Shown here piece after piece: positions 8,319-19,340 of a stretch of DNA of 64,000 bases. Made by a program: the position numbers and the translations under genes. The notes beneath the pieces were generated by a model. That model had not been told where the DNA came from, made no database searches, and saw only the letters and a list, made by a program, of their open reading frames with translations. Location of the stretch: assembly GCA_050015075.1 (NCBI GenBank), contig JBEKCB010000013.1:50688-114687 (forward strand). The letters run 5' to 3'. Within the stretch, counting starts at the first letter, position 1. Each line of letters starts with the position of its first letter. The DNA comes from Candidatus Brocadiia bacterium. GTDB lineage: Bacteria > Planctomycetota > Brocadiia > CAIUPP01.

Positions 8319-10442
8319 ATGAGCGGGGCTGAACATATCTTCGTTATTTCCATGGGCCGCCCGTCGGATATCATGCTGGAAGATACCATCGCGGCGGAGG
8401 GGTATAAAGTCACGCACACCCCGACGTTGCAGGAAGGCCTGGCGAAACACGGCCCGAAAGCATGCAGCGCGGTGGTTTTCCTGGCCGGACTGCCCGAAAG
8501 CAAGCAGGTCGAAGCGCTCCTGCGCGAGGCCACCGAACAGCTTCCGGCGGCGAAGTTCCTCGTCGCCATGGACGACGGCGCCCTGACGGTGATCTCGAGC
8601 GATTTGGAGAAGGCGCTCGCCGGCCGGCTGCTGCGGCTCGAGGGCGAAATCGCTCTCTCGAAGAACATTGAGAAAATTCGCCGTTTCCTCCGGGGCGAAG
8701 GCTATAGCTGGGCCAGCGACCTGGGCGGCGCGGCCGACCACGACGACTCGCTGCTGGCGGCGACCGGCAGCCTGCCGGAGGGCCGGCAGGACAAGCTGCG
8801 CAGCATCCATCGGTTCGCCAGCGACCTTTCGCGGTACACCGAACTCCAGCCGATGCTGCAGGAGGCGTTGCGGCGCTACCTCGACATTCTGCAATGCGAC
8901 GCCGGCAGCATCTATCTCTGGGACGAGAACACCGAGACGCTGATCCTGGAAGCCGCGCACGGGGCCGATGAGCACGAGCGGGTCGGCCTGCGCCAGAAAC
9001 TTGGCGAAGGGCTGGCCGGCTGGGTGGCGCAGGTCGGCGAGCCGATCCTCGTCACCGACTCGCGCAAGGTGCACAAGCTCCAGGGCCGGGTCAGCAGCCG
9101 CTACAGCAACTTCAGTTGCATCGCCGCGCCGATCACGCACGGCGGGCAGTTGTTCGGCATCGTCTGCCTGACCATGCCGAAGGACAACGAGCCGTTCGAC
9201 CCGGAGGAGTTGCGCCTGGCGCAAGCCCTCTCGCAGAAGCTCGCCAGCGCCATCCGGCCGCTGAGCGTGCTCTCCGAACTGCGGCGCTTCAGCGAGCGGC
9301 TCCTGGGCGCCTTCAAGTCCTCCAGCGACAGCGAAATCAAGAAGGACGCGCAGGTGGAATCGCTGCGCGTCCTCAGCGGGAACATCCTCGAGAGCGTGCC
9401 GATGGCCATCATCGCGTACGACCGCGAACTGCGCGTCCGGTCGTCGAACCGCGTCGCCCGGTCGCTCTTCGCCATCGAGACGCCGGCGGCCTCCGAGCCG
9501 GGGCCCGCGCCGCTCGAGCAGGGCGTCGAACTGGACAAGGCGCTCTGGCGCAACCGGCTCCTGAGCGTCATCGAGGCCGGGCGCAAGTTCCGGCTCCAGC
9601 GCGTCGGCTATCGCGCCCGCCCGACGGATGGCGGCCAAACCGGCGACCGCAAGCTGGTGCTGGACATCCATTGCTCGCCGCTGACGGACCCGGAAGGGCA
9701 GACCGTCGGCGGCATCCTGACCGTGCAGGACGTGACCGAAGACCTGGAGATGGAGGCCAAGCTCTCCTCGGCCGAACGGCTGGCGCTCGTCGGCAAGCTG
9801 GCCGCCAAGGTGGCGCACGAGCTCAACAACCCGCTCGACGGCATCCTGCGCTTCCTCAACCTGGCCATGCGGCAGCTCGACAAGCCGGAGCAGGCGCGGG
9901 CGTACTTGGAGGACAGCCGCATCGGCCTGCTGCGGATGAGCAACATCCTCAAGGAACTGCTGGTCTTTTCGCGCAGCCACCGCGAGCCGGCCACCGTGGC
10001 CAGCCTCAGCCTGGTGATCCAGCAGGCGCTGGCCCCGTACGAGCACCGCGCGCGCGAGTGCCACACGCAGATCCGGCTCGACGTGCCGCCGAACCTGCCG
10101 CCCTGCCCGAGCAACGAACTGTGGGAGGTCATCGGCAACGTCGTCAAGAACGCCCTCGACGCGATGGGCGAAAACGGCACGCTGACGATCCGCGCCGTTC
10201 AGGACGACCAGCGGGTGACGATCACCATCTCCGACACCGGCCCGGGCGTACCGGAAGAGCTTCGCGAGAAGATCTTCGAGCCGTTCTTCACCACCAAGCA
10301 GGACCGCCATGGAACCGGCCTCGGCCTGGCGCTTTGCCGCGACGCCCTCCGCCGGATCGGCGGCGAAATCACCCTGGTCCCGTCCGAGCGCGGCGCCGCG
10401 TTCCAACTGGTCTGTCCGATCAAACCCATGTCGGAGAGTTGA
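8319..10442 (+). CDS. GAF/PAS sensor histidine kinase
   Basis: GEGLAGWVA GAF motif, AHELNNPL H-box, NALDAM, DTGPG, FEPFFTTK, GTGLGL. Confidence 0.9.
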   Translation: MSGAEHIFVISMGRPSDIMLEDTIAAEGYKVTHTPTLQEGLAKHGPKACSAVVFLAGLPESKQVEALLREATEQLPAAKFLVAMDDGALTVISSDLEKALAGRLLRLEGEIALSKNIEKIRRFLRGEGYSWASDLGGAADHDDSLLAATGSLPEGRQDKLRSIHRFASDLSRYTELQPMLQEALRRYLDILQCDAGSIYLWDENTETLILEAAHGADEHERVGLRQKLGEGLAGWVAQVGEPILVTDSRKVHKLQGRVSSRYSNFSCIAAPITHGGQLFGIVCLTMPKDNEPFDPEELRLAQALSQKLASAIRPLSVLSELRRFSERLLGAFKSSSDSEIKKDAQVESLRVLSGNILESVPMAIIAYDRELRVRSSNRVARSLFAIETPAASEPGPAPLEQGVELDKALWRNRLLSVIEAGRKFRLQRVGYRARPTDGGQTGDRKLVLDIHCSPLTDPEGQTVGGILTVQDVTEDLEMEAKLSSAERLALVGKLAAKVAHELNNPLDGILRFLNLAMRQLDKPEQARAYLEDSRIGLLRMSNILKELLVFSRSHREPATVASLSLVIQQALAPYEHRARECHTQIRLDVPPNLPPCPSNELWEVIGNVVKNALDAMGENGTLTIRAVQDDQRVTITISDTGPGVPEELREKIFEPFFTTKQDRHGTGLGLALCRDALRRIGGEITLVPSERGAAFQLVCPIKPMSES

Positions 10443-10446
10443 ATCT

Positions 10447-11820
<1,374 letters not shown>

Positions 11821-11882
11821 CGCGCGGCGAAGGCCGAAGTTATTCCCGAGATCGCATAACGCGCGTGGCTCACGAGGGGCTT

Positions 11883-11967
11883 GTCATGCCGAGCGCAGCG
11901 AAGCATCTCACACGCTTCGGCCTGCAGGCATGCTGTGTATGAGATTCTTCGCTTCGCTCAGAATGAC
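11883..11967. repeat. GTCAT-type REP doublet between convergent genes
   Basis: GTCATGCCGAGCGCAGCGAAGCATCT ... AGATTCTTCGCTTCGCTCAGAATGAC imperfect inverted pair. Confidence 0.75.
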
Positions 11968-12027
11968 GGCGCAACAGGAACTGCGTCTGGGAAGCGGACC
12001 ATCACGGACAGCGGCGGGGCTTCGCGG

Positions 12028-12429
12028 TCATTCCAGCCAGCGGTACACCTCGAAGTACGGACGCTCGCTGAACCGGGCGGCGACGCCCGCCTTCGCGTAC
12101 GCGGTGCTGTTCTCCGTGGGCCTTTCCACGCGGAGCACGGTCGCTCGGGCGCGAAGGCTGCGGAAAAGCGGGCCGGTTCCATAGCCGGACAGGCCGGAAA
12201 GCCGAATCCCCAGCTCCTGCCCGACCTTGAGGTCCTTCCACTCGTCCGCGAGGAAGTAGATTCCGCCGGCGGAGACATTCCCCGATGTGCCGATCCGCTG
12301 GGCGGTGCGGCTCTCGCCCTCTCGGAGATACTCGACGTTCAGTCGCAGGTTCAGCCTGGGTGATTCGCGCCGGTCAGTGTCGCTCTTCGCCACGCCATCA
12401 GCGCCCCCCGCTGCGCATGAGCTTGCCAC
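12028..12429 (-). CDS. PilZ domain protein (c-di-GMP receptor)
   Basis: RRESPR (RxxxR) and NVSAGG ((D/N)xSxxG) motifs; start could be GTG 12393. Confidence 0.8.
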   Translation of the reverse strand: MASSCAAGGADGVAKSDTDRRESPRLNLRLNVEYLREGESRTAQRIGTSGNVSAGGIYFLADEWKDLKVGQELGIRLSGLSGYGTGPLFRSLRARATVLRVERPTENSTAYAKAGVAARFSERPYFEVYRWLE

Positions 12430-12508
12430 CGTTTTTGACCCATTTCAGTTGCTGAATGTAAGGCCACAGCCCAGGACGGCAACTTGGGCGCGCGTATATC
12501 TACTCGGA

Positions 12509-13999
12509 TCAGGCCCATTTGTCAAGATTGAAACGCCGTTTCGCGCCCGCCATGGCGCGAATCGGCGCTCCGCTCGAGATTCCGCGCGGCTCAAGCTCCT
12601 CCAGATCGAACTTTTTCATCTTCTTATAGAGAGTCGAACGGCTGATCCCCAGCTCGGAAGCGGCGTTCCGCTTGTTCCAGCCGGCGACGTTCAAAGCGCG
12701 CATGATCCATTGGCGTTCCGGCTCGTGCATCGCCTCGCGCAGCGGCCGGGGCTTGTGCCGCGGCGCCGCCTCCGCCGGGAAAGGCTTCGTGCAGAGCACC
12801 CACGACGGCAGGTGTTCCGCCAGCAGCATCTCGCCCCGCGCCAGCACCACGGCATGCTCGATGACGTGCCGCAGCTCCCTCACGTTCCCGGGCCACGGGT
12901 AATGCACCAGGCACTCCAGCGCGCTCGGCGAAATCCCGCGCACCCGGCGCCGGTGCTGCAGGGCGAAGTGCTGGAGGAACTGCCGCGCCAGCAGCGGGAT
13001 GTCCGCCACGCGCTCGCGCAGCGGCAGCAGTTGGAGCTTGAGCGTGCTCACGCGGCGATAGAGGTCCTCCCGGAACCGGCCGCGCGCGACGGCCTCCTCG
13101 AGCGGCGTGTTCGCCGCCGCGATCAGCCGCGCGTCGCTCTGGATCATCCGCGTGTCGCCGACGCGATGGAACTCGCCCGACTCGAGCGTCCCCAGCAGCC
13201 GCTCCTGGAGCGCCGGCGAGGCGTTCTCGATCTCGTCGAGCAGTATCGTGCCCCGGTCGGCCAGCTCGAACTTGCCCGCGCGCTCCGGGCACTTGGATTC
13301 CGGCGTCCCGCGCGCCTGGCCGAAGAGCTCGCTCTCGAGCAGCGCCTCGGCCGGCATGCCGCAGTTGGCTTCGACGAAGGGCCCGAGCCGGCGCCAGGAA
13401 CAATCGTGGACCTTCCTGGCCAGGAAGCTCTTTCCCGCGCCGCTTTCGCCCTCGATCAGGAACGGCATCCGGCTGTCCGCCGCGCTCAACACCAGGCGCC
13501 AGAGCGCCAGCGTGCGCTCGTCGGCGGTGAAGAATTCCTCCGGCGCTTCCTTTTGCCAGGGCGGCGTGCGAGCCGCGCCCGGCGCCTCTTCCACGGCGGA
13601 CAGGGCGTGGGCGAGCGCGCTCCGGAGCGAGGGCTCGTCGAGGGGAAAGACCGAAACGTAGTCGCTGGCGCCGGCGCGGATCGAGTGCACCGCGTCGCGG
13701 ATCGAACGCTCCCGCCCCACGGCGATCACCGGCGGCCTGGCCCCGAAGAGAACTCCTTCATCCCATCCGTGACGATCATGCCCGTTCGGCGCGTCGGTCT
13801 GGAGCAGCAGCGCCCCGAAGGCTTTCTTCTCTTGAACTCGGCCTGCTTCTTCGAGCGAGTCGGCGATGCGCAGAGTATACCCCATCGTGGCAATGGCTCT
13901 CTGCACCGCCGCAATGACTTCCGTGTCTGTAGAGACCAATAAAATTGACGCCGCCACTGCTTGCACCGCAAGAGGCTTAGCGGAAACAGTCCGACACAT
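12509..13999 (-). CDS. Sigma54 EBP-like regulator with degenerate receiver domain and no GAFTGA loop
   Basis: GESGAGKS, LLDEI, FREDLY, WPGNVREL, HTH; start (13999 or GTG 13966) must lie downstream of the sigma54 promoter at 14014-14028. Confidence 0.8.
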   Translation of the reverse strand: MCRTVSAKPLAVQAVAASILLVSTDTEVIAAVQRAIATMGYTLRIADSLEEAGRVQEKKAFGALLLQTDAPNGHDRHGWDEGVLFGARPPVIAVGRERSIRDAVHSIRAGASDYVSVFPLDEPSLRSALAHALSAVEEAPGAARTPPWQKEAPEEFFTADERTLALWRLVLSAADSRMPFLIEGESGAGKSFLARKVHDCSWRRLGPFVEANCGMPAEALLESELFGQARGTPESKCPERAGKFELADRGTILLDEIENASPALQERLLGTLESGEFHRVGDTRMIQSDARLIAAANTPLEEAVARGRFREDLYRRVSTLKLQLLPLRERVADIPLLARQFLQHFALQHRRRVRGISPSALECLVHYPWPGNVRELRHVIEHAVVLARGEMLLAEHLPSWVLCTKPFPAEAAPRHKPRPLREAMHEPERQWIMRALNVAGWNKRNAASELGISRSTLYKKMKKFDLEELEPRGISSGAPIRAMAGAKRRFNLDKWA

Positions 14000-14013
14000 T
14001 GCCCGAACCGCCC

Positions 14014-14028
14014 GCAAACCTCATGCCA
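14014..14028 (-). promoter_or_regulatory. Sigma54 -24/-12 promoter
   Basis: TGGCATG-AGGT-TTGC on the minus strand. Confidence 0.75.
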
Positions 14029-14395
14029 CCCTTACAATCGAAAAGCTGCTTCCCGATGTGTGCACTGATTTGACATCTCCGGGGCTGACCATGCGCGTAA
14101 CATGCTATGTAAGCTAATGTAATGACCTTAACGGCGCAGTGTTCAAAATTGGGAATTATTCGGCTCCATCTGCGCGCCTAAACGTGATGTCGAGAACAGA
14201 CAACACTTCGCGCGCCGTTTAGACAGATTTGGACATCAGCGAGTCCCGTTTCGGAGTCAGCCTTTCGACAGACCTCGTTTCAATCGAGATGCGGCCTTGC
14301 CGCTGGCATAGTCGCTGCCGGGATAGTTCTCCCGCGTTTAGTGAATGCGACGAAATCGTCGCAAGATAGAAGCCGAGATGGGCCATGGCTGGGCC

Positions 14396-17300
14396 TCAGA
14401 GCCGAAGGCACGGCCGCCGGATCTCAAGCAGGGGGCTTTCCATGAGTCCGCAGGGGACGAGGTTCCAGGCGTCGGACCACTGTTCGCCCTGGCTGATGAA
14501 CTGCTCCGGCCCGACCCAGGGCGGTGACTTTTCGGCGTAGTGAAGCGGGCCATGACTGTTGCGCCGATGGCCGAGGACCTCGATGCCCAGCTCGAAGGCT
14601 TCCCCCTCGATGAAGTCCGTGACGTCCGCCTCGTTGGGTTCCCAGCCGATGAACCCGGCTTCCCTGCCGTTGACCAGGACGCGCGCCGCCACGCCGTGGT
14701 AGCTCGGCAGGCGGACGAAAAGCCGCTCGCCATCCACCAGCCGAGGCGTCGCCATGGCCCGCCGGTAGCAGACCGAGCCGGCGTAAAATGGCAGGCCCTG
14801 TGCAGTCCAGTCGCCGATCTTCAATTGCTCGGGCGCGGCGACGATTAACGCCTCGCCGCCGGCCAGCTTCACGCCGAAGTCGCCCAGAAGATAAATGATC
14901 TCCAGCCCGTCGTTCTCCGTATAGGCGATGTCCAGGCGCAGCCGGTTCTCGCCGAGATGCAGCCAGGCAGGATCGAGCGCCCGCAGTTTCAACGATGGGT
15001 CCACCCACCAGCCGCGCGTCGCGTCCGAAGAAACCGAATGGCCGTTGATCGCAATCGTGAAACGTTCCGGCGATTCGAGCGCAAGGAGGAGTTCGCTTTG
15101 CGGCAGCGCGTCCGCGTGAATACGGTACTCCAGGACGACCGGGACGGACTTCTTCCTCGCCGGCTGTTTGCGCGCCCAGGGCTGGACCATCCCGCCGCTG
15201 CGCGCGGGAACGCCGAGCGTCCGACGGATCCTTCGGTCGAGGCGGAGGATTTCCACCTCGCCTTCTCCGCTCCTGCCGGCGATGCGGCAGCGGGCCTTGT
15301 CGAGGACGAGAACGTTCCGTTCGGAGAGCGCGATCTCCCAGGGCCGGGCCGCCATCGCGATTCGGCGCACGAGGGTTGAAGTCGGCCGCCTCGCGAGCGA
15401 GCCGCGCGTTTTTCCCTTGGGCAAAACGAACAGCCGGCTGCCCAGTGCGGGCAGATTGGTGGCAATCTCCCATGCGCCGTCTTTCGCCCGTGTCGCGTTT
15501 GCGGCAAAGCGCCGGCCCGTGGACGGGTCCCATTCCTCCGGCGCGCCGGCGCACTCGGCGAAGCCGCGGACCCGGACCGCCGGCCATGCCGCGCGTCGCT
15601 CGCGGAGGCTCAGTTCTTCGTTGAAGCCCAGGCGGCTCCACTGCGCGGAGGTGTAGCCGGTGTTGCAGATGAAGAGGCGGAAGGCGTCGCGATCTTCCCG
15701 CAGCAGGTAGAGGACGCCGCCGATCTCGTTCCCTGCGGCGTCCGTGATGGACACGCGCCGGCAGAGCGGGTCGAGCGCGGCGGCGAGTTTCGGCCCACGG
15801 GCCGGCGTCCGCGGGCATCGCCCCGCCAATGCGGCCGGCCCCGGATCGCGCACCGCATCCACGCAGGCCGCGAGCCGGCCCGCGAAAACCACCCTGCCTC
15901 CGGCGTCATGGAACTGCTCAAGAAGGCGCAGCGTCGTCCGGCGCATCGTAGTCATCGGCGGCGCGAGCACGGCTTTGTAGGTCGCGCGGCCGACTCGGAG
16001 CGTCGGAGCGCCGTTCCGCCGGAAGACGCGCGCGTGGCGCGAGAGGAGTTCCTCATCGCCGTAGTCGAAATCGAGATGCCCGGCGAGGAGTTCGTCGCGC
16101 AGCTTCCCGAACTCCTCGTCCAGCCGCGCGCAGAGCGCCTCCTTACTCCAACCTTTCCGTACCTGGAGCCAGGTGCTTTCGACCGGGTGGATCACGAGCA
16201 AGTCGCGCACTTCCTCGCCCGGAGTGAGCGCCGCATTCAGCCGCGCGAAGTAGTCCTCCAGCTTCGCGTAATGCGTCCACCAGGGCGACTGCGCGCCGAC
16301 CGGGGTCGGGTAATCGCGCTTGATCTCGCCCTTCATCGTGTACCAGTACAGCATCTCGCAGCGCAGGTTGATCCCAAGGGCCGTCTGCCAATCGCCGACC
16401 GCCTTCAGGCCGGCGAAGGAAAGGTCCCAGCCGGTGCAGCCATAGGTCTCGGTAAAGCGCCACTTGCGCCCGAACTGCCGCGCGACGGAGCTGACCTGCT
16501 TGGCCGTGTCGTAGAAGCGCGCGCGCGCCGTCAGCAGGTCCATCCCCGGCGCCTGCATGTGCTCGTAGAACCGCATCGGCGCCGAGATCAACGCGACTTG
16601 TCGCGAGAGAGTGTCCTCCATCAGGACGTGACCGGTGAAGAGCAGGTGGTTCCGCGCGCACCAGTCGCCGATCTGTTTCGAGAAGGCGGTCACGAAGAGG
16701 TGCGTGACGAAGTCGAGGAAATGGTAGCGCGCCGTGCGCGTGCTGGGGCCCTCGATATCGTAGCAGAGTTCCGGCAGGTGCGGCAGTAGATCGTAGCCGT
16801 ATCTCTCGCGGAAGAGTTTCGGCAGCGCGTCAGTCCAGGGGAGCGCGTTGGTCTCGCCGATCCCGCCTCCGTGGCGCATCATCAGGCCGGTGTTGGGCTC
16901 GTCGCTGAAGATGCCCTGCACGGTCCGTCCGAACTCTCGGCCGCACTCGCGGCGGTAAGCCTCGTGCGTCACGCGGATGAACTCGCGCACCGCTTTGGGG
17001 TTGAGCGTGTCCAGATAGGTCTGGCCGTTGTACCAGCTCGACGGCTCGGCGAGGCGCAGCTCGAAGGAGAGGATCTTTTCCCCTTTCGCGAGCCGCGGGC
17101 GGCGGCCCTTCGGGATCGGCCGCACGGACGAGGCTGCAGGCCCTCGCACCACGGCCGTGAACGCCGCGAGCGTCGCGGGCGTCCACCGGAACGCCGCCGG
17201 GTCATCCCACTCGAAGAAGCGCAGCATCCGGCTGCGACATGAGGGTTTCTTCGTCGCCAGTCCGCCGGCCGAGCCGGACGGCCAGCGCTCCTCGTCGTAG

Positions 17301-17578
17301 AGCCAAACCTCCATCTTGAGCTTCTTCGCCTCGTCCATGCCAGCCTTGACGCACTCGAACCAGCGCCTCGACAAGTACGGCGTCGCCAGGCCCCAACCCG
17401 GGTAGATGAAGAACCCGCCGAAGCCCATCCGGCGCATGACGCGGATTTGCCGGCGCAGTTCCTCCGGCTCGATCTCCCCGTTCCACGACCAGAACGACTT
17501 CCCGCGCCAGGCGGCGCCGGGGGAGGCGAACTCGCGCGCTATGGCCGATCGCGGCCGGGGCCGATCAGCGCTGCTCAC
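14396..17578 (-). CDS. Glycoside hydrolase, GH106 alpha-L-rhamnosidase-like
   Basis: FWSWNG, WLYDEERWPSG, IFSDEP, FTGHVLME, ETYGCTGW; GTG start after AAAGGAG. Confidence 0.8.
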   Translation of the reverse strand: MSSADRPRPRSAIAREFASPGAAWRGKSFWSWNGEIEPEELRRQIRVMRRMGFGGFFIYPGWGLATPYLSRRWFECVKAGMDEAKKLKMEVWLYDEERWPSGSAGGLATKKPSCRSRMLRFFEWDDPAAFRWTPATLAAFTAVVRGPAASSVRPIPKGRRPRLAKGEKILSFELRLAEPSSWYNGQTYLDTLNPKAVREFIRVTHEAYRRECGREFGRTVQGIFSDEPNTGLMMRHGGGIGETNALPWTDALPKLFRERYGYDLLPHLPELCYDIEGPSTRTARYHFLDFVTHLFVTAFSKQIGDWCARNHLLFTGHVLMEDTLSRQVALISAPMRFYEHMQAPGMDLLTARARFYDTAKQVSSVARQFGRKWRFTETYGCTGWDLSFAGLKAVGDWQTALGINLRCEMLYWYTMKGEIKRDYPTPVGAQSPWWTHYAKLEDYFARLNAALTPGEEVRDLLVIHPVESTWLQVRKGWSKEALCARLDEEFGKLRDELLAGHLDFDYGDEELLSRHARVFRRNGAPTLRVGRATYKAVLAPPMTTMRRTTLRLLEQFHDAGGRVVFAGRLAACVDAVRDPGPAALAGRCPRTPARGPKLAAALDPLCRRVSITDAAGNEIGGVLYLLREDRDAFRLFICNTGYTSAQWSRLGFNEELSLRERRAAWPAVRVRGFAECAGAPEEWDPSTGRRFAANATRAKDGAWEIATNLPALGSRLFVLPKGKTRGSLARRPTSTLVRRIAMAARPWEIALSERNVLVLDKARCRIAGRSGEGEVEILRLDRRIRRTLGVPARSGGMVQPWARKQPARKKSVPVVLEYRIHADALPQSELLLALESPERFTIAINGHSVSSDATRGWWVDPSLKLRALDPAWLHLGENRLRLDIAYTENDGLEIIYLLGDFGVKLAGGEALIVAAPEQLKIGDWTAQGLPFYAGSVCYRRAMATPRLVDGERLFVRLPSYHGVAARVLVNGREAGFIGWEPNEADVTDFIEGEAFELGIEVLGHRRNSHGPLHYAEKSPPWVGPEQFISQGEQWSDAWNLVPCGLMESPLLEIRRPCLRL

Positions 17579-17809
17579 GGCAATCTCCTTTTCAGTCGGG
17601 ATTTCCCATTCGACCGTCCTCCCGAGGGCGTTATGCCTTCGAACCTGTGGTTGAATCCGGATGGCGTCGTAAAAGCGCGGCAGGCGGCGAATCAACACCA
17701 CGGCGCACGACGAGCGGAATCTCTCCCGACGCCCTTCTCAACAGCGCGGTGTTTCCCCGTTCCATCGTTCTTGCGTGTTGACGCTTGGCTGGTTTGAGAA
17801 TGACCGGGG

Positions 17810-18622
17810 TTACGAAGGCCGCCGCGTTTTCGCCGCCGCCAGCTCGGCCAGGAAATCGCCCATGCCGGAGATCAATTCCGCGCGCGGGCGGCTGGACAGC
17901 TCCGCGATCTTCCGCACCAGCGCGCTGCCGACGATCACCCCGTCGGCGGCGCGGGCCACGGCGGCGACCTGCTCCGGACGCGAAATCCCGAACCCCACCG
18001 CCACCGGCTTGTCCGTCACCGCCTTGAGTTTGGCGATGTGATCGGCCAGGTCGGGCGGCAGTTCATGGCGCGCGCCGGTGGTGCCGGCGACGGCGATATA
18101 ATAGATGAACCCGCGCGAACGCGCGGCGACGGCCTTCATCCGCTCCGGCGGCGTCGTCGGCGCCACCAGGAAGACCGGATGCAGCCCGTGGGATTCCGCC
18201 AGCCGCGCCACCTCTTTCCCCTCGTCGGCCGGCAGCTCCGGGATGATGACGCCGTCCACGCCGGCGTCGGCCGCGCGTTGGAAATAGCTCTCCGGCCCGA
18301 TGCGCCAGACGATGCTGTAGGAGACCATCGTCAGGATGGGCACGTCGCAGCGCCTGCGCACGTCGCGGACCATCTCCAGGATCGGCTGGACCTTCAGCCC
18401 CTTCTCGAGCGCGCGGACGTAGGAACTCTGGATCGTCGGCCCGTCCGCCACCGGATCGGAATAGGGGATGCCCACTTCGACCAGGTCCGCGCCGCGGCGC
18501 GCGAATTCCTCGATCAACGCGCCCGTGGCGGCCAGGTCCGGGTCGCCGGCGGTGATGAACGGCATCAGCGCCGCCGCGTTCGCCGCCCGCGTTCGCCGGA
18601 ACGCTGCGTCAATCCGGTTCAT
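17810..18622 (-). CDS. trpA: Tryptophan synthase alpha chain
   Basis: PFITAGDP, EVGIPYSDPVADGPTIQ, VGFGIS, DGVIVGSA. Confidence 0.97.
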   Translation of the reverse strand: MNRIDAAFRRTRAANAAALMPFITAGDPDLAATGALIEEFARRGADLVEVGIPYSDPVADGPTIQSSYVRALEKGLKVQPILEMVRDVRRRCDVPILTMVSYSIVWRIGPESYFQRAADAGVDGVIIPELPADEGKEVARLAESHGLHPVFLVAPTTPPERMKAVAARSRGFIYYIAVAGTTGARHELPPDLADHIAKLKAVTDKPVAVGFGISRPEQVAAVARAADGVIVGSALVRKIAELSSRPRAELISGMGDFLAELAAAKTRRPS

Positions 18623-18642
18623 CGAACCTCACCCCTTCATTC

Positions 18643-19335
18643 TTACCACCAAGGCGCAAAGAGACAACGGCTTCCACCACGGAATACACGGAGCACACTG
18701 AATGACTTTCCTAAACAGCTTCAGTGTCTTCAGTGTGTTCCGTGGTAGCAATATCAGTTGGCGCTCTCGGCGCCATACGTCTTTCACCACGGAATACACG
18801 GAGCACACCGAATAACTTTCCTAAACAGCTTCAGTGTCTTCAGTGTGTTCCGTGGTTGCAACATGAGTTGGCGGTGTTGGCGCCATACGGCTTCCACCAC
18901 GGAATACACGGAGCACACCGAATGACTTTCCTAAACAGCTTCAGTGTCTTCAGTGAGTTCCGTGGCAGCAATATCAGTTGGCGCTCTCGGCGCCATACGT
19001 CTTTCACCACGGAATACACGGAGCACACCGAATGACTTTCCTAAACAGCTTCAGTGTCTTCAGTGTGTTCCGTGGTTGCAATATCAGTTGGCGCTCTCGG
19101 CGCCATACGTCTTTCACCACGGAATACACGGAGCACACCGAATGACTTTCCTAAACAGCTTCAGTGTCTTCAGTGTGTTCCGTGGCAGCAATATCAGTTG
19201 GCGCTCTAGGCGCCATACGGCTTCCACCACGGAATACACGGAGCACACTGAATGACTTTCCTAAACAGCTTCAGTGTCTTCAGTGTGTTCCGTGGTTGCA
19301 ATAACTGTTGCCGTTCTTGGTGTCTTGGTGGTTAA
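18643..19335. repeat. Tandem array of six 110-bp hairpin units inside one pair of ACCAC-element outer arms
   Basis: CACCACGGAATACAC starts at 18675, 18785, 18895, 19005, 19115, 19225; flanked by TTACCACCAAGG and CTTGGTGGTTAA. Confidence 0.97.
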
Positions 19336-19340
19336 CTATG

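Noticed and set aside
18643-19335. CRISPR array
   Set aside because: Units are near-identical over their whole 110 bp with no unique spacers, and there are no cas genes in the window
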